Shown here: in pieces, positions 1 through 10,650 of the stretch
Layout of the letters: every line of letters starts with the position of its first letter
How positions within the stretch are numbered: position 1 is the stretch's first letter
DNA from: a virus
Lineage: Duplodnaviria; Caudoviricetes
DNA length: 64,000 nt
Direction: 5' to 3' (one strand)
IMG/VR virus record: IMGVR_UViG_3300031994_000046
Location: 34,658-98,657 of that record
Translations under genes and position numbers: made by a program
Notes under the pieces: generated by a model
Database searches by the model: none
The model's input: the letters and a program-made list of their open reading frames with translations, nothing else
Told to the model about the DNA's origin: nothing

Positions 1-2330
1 TCTTCATGATATTCAAACATCAAACTATTCATCAATTTCTTTAAAAGAGTTCTACATAGTTTTGGTGTTGTTGATTTAATAATTTCAATACCTGTACCAG
101 AAACCTTTGGTTCATCGTAATACTTTCCTTTTACATATGCATATCCCTTAAGATATTTCTTTTTCTTAATACAAATCTGTGCATAAGAGATTGTTTCCAA
201 TTCAAATTCATGTACATTTTTACCATGACGTGGATTGTACATTTCTTCACACCACTTATTATTAAGTTTGTCTTGGAACTTCTTACAATAATTCAAAATC
301 CAATCAACTTTCTTTCTATCTGTATCATATTTCTTTTGATATTCAGGTGTCATACACTTAAAGAAATTACCAAATGTAACATAAACTGAATCAGTGTCCG
401 AGTAGCAAGATATGGTCTGTTTTCTAAACCAATCATGTTTACTTTCATCAAGTTCAAATTCAAACTGTTGCCAAATATCTTTTCTATTCCAAATACCTTC
501 ATGGAACCATTCTTCAAGATTATGCCACATTGTCTTTGTAAGATGACGACATTCTCCAGTGATATCTGCTGCAAGTGATGCATTAAAGAAATAGAAGAAC
601 TGATTAGCACATGCTCCATACAACCCATTCATCAAAACTTTATGTGCAAGCTCAAGTAAAGAATATTCATGTCGCAAATCTTCAACTTCAACTCTGAACT
701 TCTTAAGTTCATCTTCAGACATACCAAATAGATCTTCATGAGTCTTATTGAACTTTTCTTTAAGCAAATCTACAATATCTTGATGAAATTCAATATGATT
801 ATTTGAATGATTCAGTATATTATCAATTTCAACAAGAGCTTCAGATTCGATTCTCTGACCTGTGTATTTATATTTGTCACGTAATACTTTAAGGTTAGCT
901 TGTATACGACGGAATGCATAATCTTTATCATTCTTATATACATTACCCATTACGGTAACAAAATAATTTGGATCTTTCCTGAATCTTTCAAGATCTGCTT
1001 CAGTCCATTTAAGAATTGTATATCTTCCGAAACTATCAGGACCAACTCTATTTTCATAGAAATTCTCAAATGATAGATTACAACTTCTTACCTGTGATGG
1101 ATAAAGCGATGCAAAATCAAAACATACTGTAAACTCATATCGACCTGGTACACAACCACAGAATGCTCCTTCATACGGTATCTTTACTCTTTCAATAGAA
1201 TCATAATCCCAAACAATCTTTTGACCTTGATTATAGAATTCTTCAAATACATTTGCTGTACCTAAGGCTACCTGTCCAAATGCAGCCTGTAACGGAACTA
1301 ATGTCACTGATGATACTGCACAAGGTGATTCTAAAGATTTTAGTTTATAGTGAATCAACATTGTGATAAGACTATCGACAGCATTATAGAAATAATACCA
1401 TTCTGGGTCCTTTTCATAAAGATCCTGCAATGATCCTTCATATTTAATCTTATGAGCTTTAACTGCAGCATTACCTACCCAATCCAAAGAATATGATTCA
1501 TAAGGTCTTAATATATAATCATAATCTTTAACAATCTGCATATAATCTAATATGATTGAATGACATGGTCCTGGACATCTTTTCTTTTGTCCACCAACTT
1601 CTTCCCATCCATATTGTTTGATTTCTCCAGTTGGTGAAGATTTACGAATCATATTAAATGCTATATTCTTTCCAAACAAACGAGTTATACGATTAACCAA
1701 ATACAACCAGTCAAACCCATAACTATTCCATCCAGCTAAACACGCAATCTTTGGAATAATAACTGTAAAGAAATGAGTAAGCATATCTTCCTCAGCAGAA
1801 AAATACTGATATAATACTTTTGGTTGTTTTCCAGTTGAATTTATAAAATCTTTTGCAAATTCATTTTCATTAACCCAATCCAAATAACGTTTTCTAAATA
1901 ATGCTATTTGATCTTCATTGAGTTTATGTAGTCCATATACAATACAGCTAAGATCTGGACCTACTAAAGATATAGCTGTAACTTTATGTTCCGCTTTATC
2001 AGGATCAGGGAACTCTCCTTTAACGAATTCAGTTTCAATATCGAATGTATATAATTTTGGAAAGTATTGAGCATGCATTTCAGTATTCAAATCTTTTGGA
2101 AGCTCATACATAAATTCCAAAATATCAAATTCATTTGGTGTATAATTTAAAGTATCTTTAAACACCTTATTACATCTACGGCCATTCCAAGTTTCAAATT
2201 CTCCTTGTGCATCATATTCATATGACTTAATGTGATGTAAATGCTTTGTGAAAAATTTTCTATTTCCTAATTTATCAATATATGAAATATTTATGTAAAT
2301 CTCTTAATGAGATATGGGATCAACTCCCAT
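1..2330 (-). CDS. Family B DNA polymerase (T4 gp43-like), 3' end outside window; start ambiguous
   Basis: Manual translation: ExoI FDIET, ExoII GWNSYGFDWLYL, ExoIII YNAVD, motif A FDFASLYPS, motif B KVLMNGLYG, motif C YSDTDS. Frame open from 2303 to the edge. In-frame ATG at 2330 is followed by TAA at 2304-2306; next canonical starts are GTG 2165 and ATG 2111. Confidence 0.95.
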
Positions 2331-2633
2331 TTTCTGTATTGTGTTTTTCTACAAATAATTAATTCAAATTCTTATATATAAATATAGAATATCTTTAAAA
2401 AATATTTACATTTTATATAAAAACAAAATAGATAGGTCAAATAAATAATTTAACCTATCAAAAATAAAAGTATTAGATTTTATTATCTTTTATTTGTTCT
2501 CTTATGTGAATTCTTTGAATTAAATATTGGAGAACATTTATTCATAAATTGGTTAACTTTAATCGTAGGAAGTGATTCATTCATTCCTAGCTCATACATA
2601 ATAACTTCATTTCCCGTTTCTGGATCTATTGTA

Positions 2634-2897
2634 CTATACATATTTATATTTTTGTTTATCTTTTTCAATTAAATATCTCATTACTGCTTCACTATCATAC
2701 TGCTTGATATCTCTATCAACAAGTTTATTGATGAATTCATAACATCCTTCAATATAATTTGATGTAGTACTATAAATTCCAATTGAAGCATCTACAAGAA
2801 ATAATCCATTATCATCCCTGATTTCATATCCTCTATATATTTCTACTATAGGATGATTTTCAAAATATTTCTTAGCTCTATCTGAAGTTAAATTCAT
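2634..2897 (-). CDS. hypothetical protein
   Basis: 87 aa ORF in tightly packed operon; ends in TAG overlapping next start. Confidence 0.7.
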   Translation of the reverse strand: MNLTSDRAKKYFENHPIVEIYRGYEIRDDNGLFLVDASIGIYSTTSNYIEGCYEFINKLVDRDIKQYDSEAVMRYLIEKDKQKYKYV

Positions 2898-2898
2898 A

Positions 2899-3642
2899 TC
2901 ACTTAAGTTTTATTTTATAATCATTACAAGTAGTTGCCTTATATTTCTTAAGTGTATTATTAAATTCAATATAAGAAACTTTATAACCAATCAGTGACTT
3001 ACCAGAACTTCTACGATTTGCTAAAGCGTCATTATCAAAAGTAAAGAACTTAACAGATTTAGGAGTGCCAATTACTTGATTCCAATTTACTCTATTAATT
3101 GCTTTCTGAAGAACATTTATTTTATAAATATCTGTCTTAAACCACCAAATATTTTCAGCACCATAGATTGCACAGATAAGAGCAGTGTTCTTCTTTAATG
3201 CAATTGACCTACGAGCCTTTTCTGAAAGTGTAGAAACATTCTCCTCTTCCTTAGTGACATGATTATCTACCTTATGAATTCCGTATGCATTAATTCTACG
3301 ACATTCCTTCATAAACCAAAATCCATGAGCATTATATTTATGACCTGAAACTGGTCTGTGATTCTGTACAAAATGCTCAGGATTAAATGTATAATCAGCA
3401 ATATGAATCATCTCATGAAGAAGAGTTGAAATCTTAACCTCTTCTGGAGAATCAAAATAGTTAGAAATAGTAATGGACTTAGGATTAACCTTGTTGTTTG
3501 GATAGTCATATATGAAAGATGCATATCCCCATATTCTCTTATTATGATTAACTTTGAAACCAATCATTGGAAGTTCACCATTCCAATATTTGTTATTGAA
3601 CTCAATGTAATGTTCCTTAATCCAATTAACTGTAACTATCAT
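2899..3642 (-). CDS. SprT-like zinc metalloprotease
   Basis: LLHEMIH HExxH motif with downstream HG..F motif; N-terminal FN..YW.GELP typical of SprT. Confidence 0.85.
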   Translation of the reverse strand: MIVTVNWIKEHYIEFNNKYWNGELPMIGFKVNHNKRIWGYASFIYDYPNNKVNPKSITISNYFDSPEEVKISTLLHEMIHIADYTFNPEHFVQNHRPVSGHKYNAHGFWFMKECRRINAYGIHKVDNHVTKEEENVSTLSEKARRSIALKKNTALICAIYGAENIWWFKTDIYKINVLQKAINRVNWNQVIGTPKSVKFFTFDNDALANRRSSGKSLIGYKVSYIEFNNTLKKYKATTCNDYKIKLK

Positions 3643-3664
3643 ATATATTTTATTTTATATATAC

Positions 3665-3692
3665 AATATAGTTAAAAACTAAAAAAATTCAA
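3665..3692 (-). promoter_or_regulatory. TTGAAT-N16-TATATT promoter (recurring motif)
   Basis: Same motif upstream of many minus-strand genes (35822-35850, 41768-41796, 54620-54647, 55393-55421, 63734-63761). Confidence 0.65.
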
Positions 3693-3737
3693 ATATTATT
3701 TATTTTTTATGAAATATATTAGAAGCTTCATGTTTAT

Positions 3738-4211
3738 TTAAGATTTTACTAACCAGTCCGCTGCAGATGTAACAAGTGGTCCAAGACTTTTGAATCTTAC
3801 ATCATATCCACATGATTCTACCCACCCTTTAGCTGATTGAAATACTTCATTTGACTGAAATTTTGGATTAGGATTCAAATCAAGATCAATATATTTTGGT
3901 TTTGGACAACCATGTTCAACCAATTCATTGGCCGTATTGATAGATTCTTCTACTTCCTTAAGAAGTCTAACTTGACGTACTGTTTCTTTAGGAGTATTCC
4001 AACGCTTAAATACACAATGTCCACCATGACCTGGTGTGTACAATACTACAACAGTTGAATATGTAGTAACAGATCTTTTATTTTGAGAATCTGTACCTAC
4101 AATAATTTCGATAGGAATATCCTTATGTTCAGCACAGTAAGTCTTAACGTATTCAGAAATACTTGGCAATTTTTCTCCAGTAAATTTTTTAAAACTTATT
4201 GTTCCTATCAT
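3738..4211 (-). CDS. RNase H-like YkuK (DUF458) family protein
   Basis: VGTDSQ, RLLKEVEES, DLDLN and AAD motifs characteristic of the family. Confidence 0.85.
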   Translation of the reverse strand: MIGTISFKKFTGEKLPSISEYVKTYCAEHKDIPIEIIVGTDSQNKRSVTTYSTVVVLYTPGHGGHCVFKRWNTPKETVRQVRLLKEVEESINTANELVEHGCPKPKYIDLDLNPNPKFQSNEVFQSAKGWVESCGYDVRFKSLGPLVTSAADWLVKS

Positions 4212-4252
4212 ATTTGTTATGTTATATATTTGTTATGTTATATTTAAATATA

Positions 4253-4288
4253 AAAAAGAGACACTTTATTTAATTAAGGTGCCTCTTT
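4253..4288 (-). terminator. intrinsic terminator
   Basis: AAAGAGACACTTTA/TAAGGTGCCTCTTT hairpin with T-run on minus strand after the S1-like gene. Confidence 0.6.
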
Positions 4289-4312
4289 AAATAATATTGA
4301 TATATATATTGA

Positions 4313-5398
4313 TTAAGATAATTCAAACACTGGTCTAACGAAACATTTAAGAAGTTGTCCTTTCTTATTATATGCGAAAGGTTCTTTACCTTCCTGAATT
4401 TCAAATTCTGAAATCTTAACCTTAACATGATCACCAGGTTTGAAATCTAACAAATCAGAAGCATCAATAGGCATAAGACCAGTTATATACTTATCATCCA
4501 ATTCAATGAATATACCTGTCTTATTATTAGAATTGATAATACCTGTTACAGTTCCATCATAAGTTTCAGATTCATATGTAACATTATCATTAGATTTAGC
4601 AAGAAGCCAACGATTATAGATGTCATGAATATTATTCATACCGAGAATCTGGAGTACTTTCTTTCGAGATCCAACTAATGAATTCTCAATCAAACCTGTC
4701 TTAAAATCACGACGGAATTCTACAAACTTCTGCGGAATAATTACAACATCCTTGCCAATCCATTTATCGAAATCACGTTCAATATTCAATACAATATGTG
4801 AACCGGGAATAAATACGGAATGAGTGTAATTCTTACCAGTCAACTGACAGATTGGAGTAATATCAGTATGGCACAAATATCCACCCTTAACAAGAGAATC
4901 AATATGAACATTAATTCCTTGTTCATGTTGAATAGCTTTGTTAATTGTATTAGTCCAATACTTATAATATGCAGTGATTACTGACACAATATATTTATTG
5001 TCCTTATGTTCACGAACCTCAAACAATAGTTTATTTCCGTGAGAAAGCAAGAATGAATTGATTTCTGCTGCACAATCATTAAAATTCTCTTTTGATATAA
5101 TTTCATCCTTGACACCAGGAAGTTCAAATGTCATTCCGTTCTTATCAAAAGACTTAACATAACCTGAATAAATCTGTCCAAGTTCAATTGTTACAACAGT
5201 GTTAATGTTTTTGTTTTGCTTAGTTTCTTGTGAAACCTCTTCTCCGTAGAATATTGCAAATGACTTAGCTAATGGCATATTACCATAAGCTTTCTTCATA
5301 TACTTAATTCGCTCTTTATCATTTTTAAAACCAGCGAATACGTCACCATCAATGTCCTTTGCAGTAATTAAACGTTCTTTATTTTTATTATTTGCCAT
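4313..5398 (-). CDS. ribosomal protein S1-like (multi S1/OB domain) protein
   Basis: S1 motifs: GQIYSGYVKS, VKGGY...FIPGSHI, VGSRKKVL, GTVTGI..GIFIEL..GL..DFKPGDHVKVKI; probable start MANNK. Confidence 0.8.
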   Translation of the reverse strand: MANNKNKERLITAKDIDGDVFAGFKNDKERIKYMKKAYGNMPLAKSFAIFYGEEVSQETKQNKNINTVVTIELGQIYSGYVKSFDKNGMTFELPGVKDEIISKENFNDCAAEINSFLLSHGNKLLFEVREHKDNKYIVSVITAYYKYWTNTINKAIQHEQGINVHIDSLVKGGYLCHTDITPICQLTGKNYTHSVFIPGSHIVLNIERDFDKWIGKDVVIIPQKFVEFRRDFKTGLIENSLVGSRKKVLQILGMNNIHDIYNRWLLAKSNDNVTYESETYDGTVTGIINSNNKTGIFIELDDKYITGLMPIDASDLLDFKPGDHVKVKISEFEIQEGKEPFAYNKKGQLLKCFVRPVFELS

Positions 5399-5554
5399 TA
5401 TATTTATGTTTTTTATGAATCCGTGGCTAGAATTCAATTGTTAATACTATGATATCTTATGATATCGTTAATTATCTCTATAAATTTGTAAAAAATTATA
5501 TTAATAAAATAGTTTACAAATATCAAGTAATTCAAATATTTATAAACTATTTTT

Positions 5555-5896
5555 TTAAATTGCTTTTACTAATGAATCTGCATCTTCAGGTTTCTTAGGA
5601 TTTCCTAATTGATCTAATGCTTTCTTACAAGTACCATCATCTAACCATTCATAATCAAAAAGCTTATTCTTAATTTTAACTTGTCCTTTGATTATGTTTG
5701 GTACTTCTTTCATATCAATATCAACAACAATAACCTGACGACCATCTTTAGTCATAACAGGTTTTTCATCATTAAGCCATTGATCATCAATAGGATCACC
5801 CTTTGTTTCTAATATTGTTTGTTTAACATAAAGTTCTTCTTTAATAGCTTCTTCTCTTAAAATAAAATCAACTATTGATTGCATATCAGTATTCAT
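5555..5896 (-). CDS. hypothetical protein
   Basis: 113 aa ORF. Confidence 0.7.
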   Translation of the reverse strand: MNTDMQSIVDFILREEAIKEELYVKQTILETKGDPIDDQWLNDEKPVMTKDGRQVIVVDIDMKEVPNIIKGQVKIKNKLFDYEWLDDGTCKKALDQLGNPKKPEDADSLVKAI

Positions 5897-5918
5897 GTTT
5901 ATTTATTAAAAATAAATA

Positions 5919-6779
5919 CTATTCTTCATCTTCATCATATTCTTCTACTTCTTCTTCCTTAGGATCATAAATTCTACAAGAAAAATACTGTTCTACAAGA
6001 TTCATTATCATTGACTTTAAATCTGTGTATATGTCTTCTATTGTCTTTTCTTCTGCGTTATTTAATGATTCATATACATCTTCATCAGTTTCCCATTCAC
6101 AATAACAATAAGGAATTTCACTAAACTTTAAATTTTCTACTTCAGTCATTATAAATCCGTCACCGTCACAATTTCCATTAACAGTTTCATAAGTAATCAA
6201 TACACCATCAAAAGTAAATTCTCCTTTTTTGTTTTTATTGATTTTATCAATTTTTATTGCAGCAGAACCTGATTCATAATTTTCCCAATAAAGAATCTTC
6301 CCAACAAATTTTTCAAAATTTTTTGTTTCTTTTTCAGAATTCAACACTTCTTTTAATTCTTCACAATCATCAATAATCTGTTGGCATCTTCCCATTGGAT
6401 CATCTTCAAAATCAAGATATCCAGTTTTATTAACGTGATGGTCAAATTCTCTTGTATAAGGAGCTTTATCTTTTTCTAATGGATCAAAACGATTTCCACC
6501 AACATTAGTATATTTTACTTTATGCCATAAATCACGTCCATCTGAAACTAATGAAATAATTTTTGAAATTGCTTCTTGCACATCTTTAGGATGCTCATCA
6601 TATTTCTTACCAAGTTTCTTTTGTTTAGCTTTAATGATATTACAATAAGCAATAATCAAATCACATGTTTCATATGTGTTTTTAACAAATTCACTTTCAG
6701 TTACTGGGTCTTCCCAATAGTTATTAAAATTGAATACCCAACATTGTATATTATCAATAAGTTCTTCCTTTGTTGTCAT
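5919..6779 (-). CDS. hypothetical acidic protein
   Basis: 286 aa ORF ending in TAG. Confidence 0.75.
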   Translation of the reverse strand: MTTKEELIDNIQCWVFNFNNYWEDPVTESEFVKNTYETCDLIIAYCNIIKAKQKKLGKKYDEHPKDVQEAISKIISLVSDGRDLWHKVKYTNVGGNRFDPLEKDKAPYTREFDHHVNKTGYLDFEDDPMGRCQQIIDDCEELKEVLNSEKETKNFEKFVGKILYWENYESGSAAIKIDKINKNKKGEFTFDGVLITYETVNGNCDGDGFIMTEVENLKFSEIPYCYCEWETDEDVYESLNNAEEKTIEDIYTDLKSMIMNLVEQYFSCRIYDPKEEEVEEYDEDEE

Positions 6780-6784
6780 AACCT

Positions 6785-6892
6785 TTAATTCTTTTTAATA
6801 TTTCTAAAATGTACATCATGATATTCACACCCAGTACAGTTAATATCCATACAAAGTGAACAATATTTATCTATTTCTTTAATTGTTGCCAT
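6785..6892 (-). CDS. 35 aa Cys-rich mini-protein
   Basis: MATIKEIDKYCSLCMDINCTGCEYHDVHFRNIKKN fills the gap between neighbours. Confidence 0.5.
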   Translation of the reverse strand: MATIKEIDKYCSLCMDINCTGCEYHDVHFRNIKKN

Positions 6893-6894
6893 AG

Positions 6895-7287
6895 TTATTT
6901 AATTAAATTTTTCAAACAATATAAAATAGCTGCTTCACAAGCTTCCTCATAATTATTGTATGATGTGTCTTTGCTTGTTGATAGATACTTTTTTGTATCT
7001 AAGTTTTCTATTGTATATGCAAAATAATTAGTATCTTCAATAAAGAGAATAGTAATAAATATTTTATACACTTCTCTCAACCACTTCATTGCCATTTGAA
7101 GAGTTGGCATAGAGTAATAGGTTGGGTGTTCGTCATCATTGTATGCACTACCTCCATTTGAACAGATAACGTATTCATCCTCATCCTCGTATTCGTCATA
7201 GAAATATTCACATTCCTCGTTAAACCCTTTCTTTTTTAAGAGTTTTGCCGTTTTAAAACTTACGTAGTCTTCTGTAATCGTTGCCAT
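6895..7287 (-). CDS. hypothetical protein (EDYVSF.TAKLLK.KGF family seen in Bacteroidales phages)
   Basis: 130 aa; PTLQMAMKWLRE and YEEACEAAI motifs. Confidence 0.75.
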   Translation of the reverse strand: MATITEDYVSFKTAKLLKKKGFNEECEYFYDEYEDEDEYVICSNGGSAYNDDEHPTYYSMPTLQMAMKWLREVYKIFITILFIEDTNYFAYTIENLDTKKYLSTSKDTSYNNYEEACEAAILYCLKNLIK

Positions 7288-7305
7288 AGTTATTTCTTTT
7301 ATTAG

Positions 7306-7395
7306 TTAATACTTTGGTGGGTGGTTCCCATCAGGGTCAAAATCCTCCTCATACACTTTTCTAATAATTCTTTCAGTTTCTTTAATTGTTGTCAT
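7306..7395 (-). CDS. 29 aa mini-ORF
   Basis: MTTIKETERIIRKVYEEDFDPDGNHPPKY. Confidence 0.35.
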   Translation of the reverse strand: MTTIKETERIIRKVYEEDFDPDGNHPPKY

Positions 7396-7397
7396 AA

Positions 7398-7892
7398 TTA
7401 TTTTACTTTATTTTTTATATCTTCATACATAACATAATTTACTTGAGCACAACTTATTGGCATAGAAACATACCACCCATCTCCATAAAAGTATTTATGT
7501 ATTTTATCTAATAAATTATTTTCATCTTCAGTATAATCTTTAATCCAAGGACCACACATATCATTTCCTTTTGTCGCATCCCACCATTCATTATATCCGA
7601 CTTGTGCCTTTTGAATTATATTATTCCATAGTATTCTTTCATCATTAGTTAACTTATATTTTAACTTTGTCTTAAACCAAAATTTAATTCTATTCCAACT
7701 AAAGAAGAGATAAAACATTGCAATAACTTCTATAGTAATTAATACTACATTTCCTATTATGAATATATTTTCATTTTTAGTTATTCCTGTAGCTATCAAT
7801 ATTCCAATGAATCCAAAGAATGATATTGGAAACATTAGATCATAAATTATATTATATATTTTAGCTCCACATGCATTCATAATCACTAACAA
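7398..7892 (-). CDS. membrane protein, hypothetical
   Basis: two N-terminal hydrophobic segments. Confidence 0.7.
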   Translation of the reverse strand: MLVIMNACGAKIYNIIYDLMFPISFFGFIGILIATGITKNENIFIIGNVVLITIEVIAMFYLFFSWNRIKFWFKTKLKYKLTNDERILWNNIIQKAQVGYNEWWDATKGNDMCGPWIKDYTEDENNLLDKIHKYFYGDGWYVSMPISCAQVNYVMYEDIKNKVK

Positions 7893-7896
7893 ATTT

Positions 7897-8118
7897 TTAT
7901 TTTAATTTTTTCCACAATTTATAATATTTTTGATTTTCTTGGAATTCTTTCATTGATTTCATTTTAATTTCTTCCCAAATCTCATCATATTTTTGACGTT
8001 CTTTAATTTTCTTTAAAGCTTCTGTGAAATCAACTTCCCATCCATTTCCACCACCTCGTAAAAACTCAATTCTTTTTATTTTATTCCAAGTTTCAATATC
8101 AAATCCATAATTTGGCAT
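7897..8118 (-). CDS. hypothetical protein
   Basis: 73 aa ORF, operon-packed. Confidence 0.65.
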   Translation of the reverse strand: MPNYGFDIETWNKIKRIEFLRGGGNGWEVDFTEALKKIKERQKYDEIWEEIKMKSMKEFQENQKYYKLWKKLK

Positions 8119-8120
8119 AA

Positions 8121-8630
8121 TTATTGCATATTTATTACTAAATCATCAAACCCAAATAATTCTAATATATATTTTTTCATAAAATACATATTTTGTTGAA
8201 CACAACCAGTACTATCAATAGTTAGATAATCTTTATTATATCCTTCTTTTATATGAATCTTTTCTTCTATTGATTCATTTCCAAAAATAATTTCATATAT
8301 AATTAATGGACGTATATATTTATCAAAATCATTAACAAATCGTTGTAACGCCTGTTGAGTTTCAATTTTAATATATTCTAAGTTTGTATAAGAAGCTAAT
8401 TCAAATACATGAGAATTATAAATATTATTAATAATTTCATAACAATCTTTTATAAATAATTGATGAACATATTCTATATGATCTCTAATCTTATCATATT
8501 CTTCATCAATATCTATACGTCTTAATTCATGATTTACACGTTTCTGAATTAATTCATTTGTCATACAATGTAAATCATCAATCATTGATTGTAGTTCATT
8601 ATGCATTATTAAATAATCTCTACTTTCCAT
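8121..8630 (-). CDS. hypothetical protein
   Basis: 169 aa ORF. Confidence 0.7.
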   Translation of the reverse strand: MESRDYLIMHNELQSMIDDLHCMTNELIQKRVNHELRRIDIDEEYDKIRDHIEYVHQLFIKDCYEIINNIYNSHVFELASYTNLEYIKIETQQALQRFVNDFDKYIRPLIIYEIIFGNESIEEKIHIKEGYNKDYLTIDSTGCVQQNMYFMKKYILELFGFDDLVINMQ

Positions 8631-8745
8631 ATAATTCTTCTCTTATTATTTTTCTCCAATTACAATATGCAGGACATGATAGACAACATGGAATTAACCT
8701 ACATGCTTTAGGAAGACGTGGATCATATATATGATTATCTTTCAA
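8620..8745 (-). CDS. 41 aa Cys-rich mini-protein (TTG start)
   Basis: MKDNHIYDPRLPKACRLIPCCLSCPAYCNWRKIIREELYGK overlaps both neighbours' stop/start. Confidence 0.45.
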   Translation of the reverse strand: MKDNHIYDPRLPKACRLIPCCLSCPAYCNWRKIIREELYGK

Positions 8746-9550
8746 CCACTTCTTTATTTTCTGTATCATATTCTTCCATCAATTTTTTCATTCTTGCTTC
8801 ACATTCAGCTTTCTTAGCAGCTACTTGATCTTTCCATTTTTTGTCCCATTTCTCTTTCCAATCAGGACCGTCTTCCTCTTCCATTACTTCTTCAAAATCA
8901 TCCCCATAGTAATCTTGCTCCCAGAAAAGCAATGGATTCCTTTCTTCTATTTCAATGTCTACATCATAATGATCTTTCCACCATTTCTTAACAGTTTCTA
9001 TGCTTCCTGATGGTGAACATCTCATACATACTGTATTTCTGAACTTCTGTTCATCTGAATTAAAGCAATAGAAATTCTTACATGTTGATACAAGTTCCAT
9101 AACTTTATCTGTTACTTTTTGTGCAACAGCTTCAGCAATTTCTCCATTGCCATCATATTCATCCTCAATTATATTTAAAATATGTTCTTTCAATGGTGGA
9201 ACCTTTTCATAACTCCTATATCCTGAATGATGTCCATGTTCATCATCATATGCTTTAATATATTTATCTTTAGAACCACCATTATTAAAATAATCTTCAA
9301 GAACTTCAATATTATCTTTCCATTCAGATTCTATTCTATAAGCTTTCATATATTTATCCATGATATATAAAAACTCTTCGTATGACAAATAATGACGATC
9401 ATATATAGGACCATCTTTTTTCTCATCAATTTTACCTGCTTTGACTTCGGCAATTATATTATCCCAATCTGCAGCAGGTTGAGCTTTTGCAAACATTTCA
9501 CGAATGCAGTCCTCATATGCTTTACATAATACTTGTTCTCTATCTAACAT
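8735..9550 (-). CDS. hypothetical protein
   Basis: 271 aa ORF. Confidence 0.8.
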   Translation of the reverse strand: MLDREQVLCKAYEDCIREMFAKAQPAADWDNIIAEVKAGKIDEKKDGPIYDRHYLSYEEFLYIMDKYMKAYRIESEWKDNIEVLEDYFNNGGSKDKYIKAYDDEHGHHSGYRSYEKVPPLKEHILNIIEDEYDGNGEIAEAVAQKVTDKVMELVSTCKNFYCFNSDEQKFRNTVCMRCSPSGSIETVKKWWKDHYDVDIEIEERNPLLFWEQDYYGDDFEEVMEEEDGPDWKEKWDKKWKDQVAAKKAECEARMKKLMEEYDTENKEVVER

Positions 9551-9842
9551 AATGTATATTTAATGTATTATCTTTAAAGAATTTAATCTTACAATATTTT
9601 GTGGCATAATTATAATCAATATAAGTATATTTAACACCATTAACCATTAAATATTCTGGAGTACCTTTAGGATTTGCATATTCATAATTTCCATTAAAGA
9701 TATCTTTCCATGATGTATTCTTTGTTACATTTGTAGTAACCATAACAGGATACCCATTAGAATAATCAATTACAAACGTATTCTTTGGATTAAGACATGT
9801 AAATAATTTTTCTTCGTGATTAAATAAATAATCTGTTTTCAT
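9540..9842 (-). CDS. hypothetical protein
   Basis: 100 aa ORF ending in TAG. Confidence 0.65.
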   Translation of the reverse strand: MKTDYLFNHEEKLFTCLNPKNTFVIDYSNGYPVMVTTNVTKNTSWKDIFNGNYEYANPKGTPEYLMVNGVKYTYIDYNYATKYCKIKFFKDNTLNIHYVR

Positions 9843-9845
9843 AAT

Positions 9846-10436
9846 TTATACAAGTTTAGTCTTTACACAATTTGCAACCATACCACCATTAACTCTTTCA
9901 AATGCAGCTTTTACTTCGTTAATGACTTTACCCATAAATTTCTTTTCAATACCAGTTGGATAATATTCATTCAAATATTCCATAACATCTGCTTCAGTTG
10001 CTTCCTTAGGTAAGAACTCAGAAAGTACATCATATTCAAACTGTTCCTTTTCAACTAATTCAGGACGACCTGCATTTGCATATGCTTTAATATTCTTTTC
10101 ACGTACTCTTACCATTTCTGTAATGATAATCTTTTGGATATCATCAGGAAGCAATTCAATACGTTCATTCATATCCTGGTCAAAAACAGTCACTTCAACA
10201 TCATTACCATTCTTATCCTTTACTTTATCTATATGTGATGGGTATAAAGGATTATTGTCATCCTTTTTAAATTTTAAAATATTTTCAAAGTTTTCTGTAT
10301 CAGTTAAATACTCCATGAATGCAGTCTTAATGAACTTCATTACTGATAATCTCTTCTTAAGAATATTTTTTGTATTCTCATCACTAGCATCCTTGATAGA
10401 TACCATTACATTTTTAATTTCCTTGTTAATATTCAT
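9846..10436 (-). CDS. GatB/YqeY domain protein
   Basis: Y..AGR.EL..KE..E..VL..FLP and KFMGKVI..VK motifs. Confidence 0.85.
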   Translation of the reverse strand: MNINKEIKNVMVSIKDASDENTKNILKKRLSVMKFIKTAFMEYLTDTENFENILKFKKDDNNPLYPSHIDKVKDKNGNDVEVTVFDQDMNERIELLPDDIQKIIITEMVRVREKNIKAYANAGRPELVEKEQFEYDVLSEFLPKEATEADVMEYLNEYYPTGIEKKFMGKVINEVKAAFERVNGGMVANCVKTKLV

Positions 10437-10437
10437 A

Positions 10438-10638
10438 TTATTTTTCTAATAAAGATATATAATTTACAATAAATTGAATGCCGTTTAAAATAAGTAATGG
10501 CAACACTGGCACAATATACCATTTACTAATTGGTACATTTTCATTATCACAATTAATAAACATAATAAGTATTGTAAATAAGTATAATAAAGTCAATATA
10601 CTACCAAATGTTAACCAAAATTTACCGTGATTACTCAT
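10438..10638 (-). CDS. small membrane protein
   Basis: 66 aa, two hydrophobic helices. Confidence 0.6.
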   Translation of the reverse strand: MSNHGKFWLTFGSILTLLYLFTILIMFINCDNENVPISKWYIVPVLPLLILNGIQFIVNYISLLEK

Positions 10639-10650
10639 AAATATATAAAC

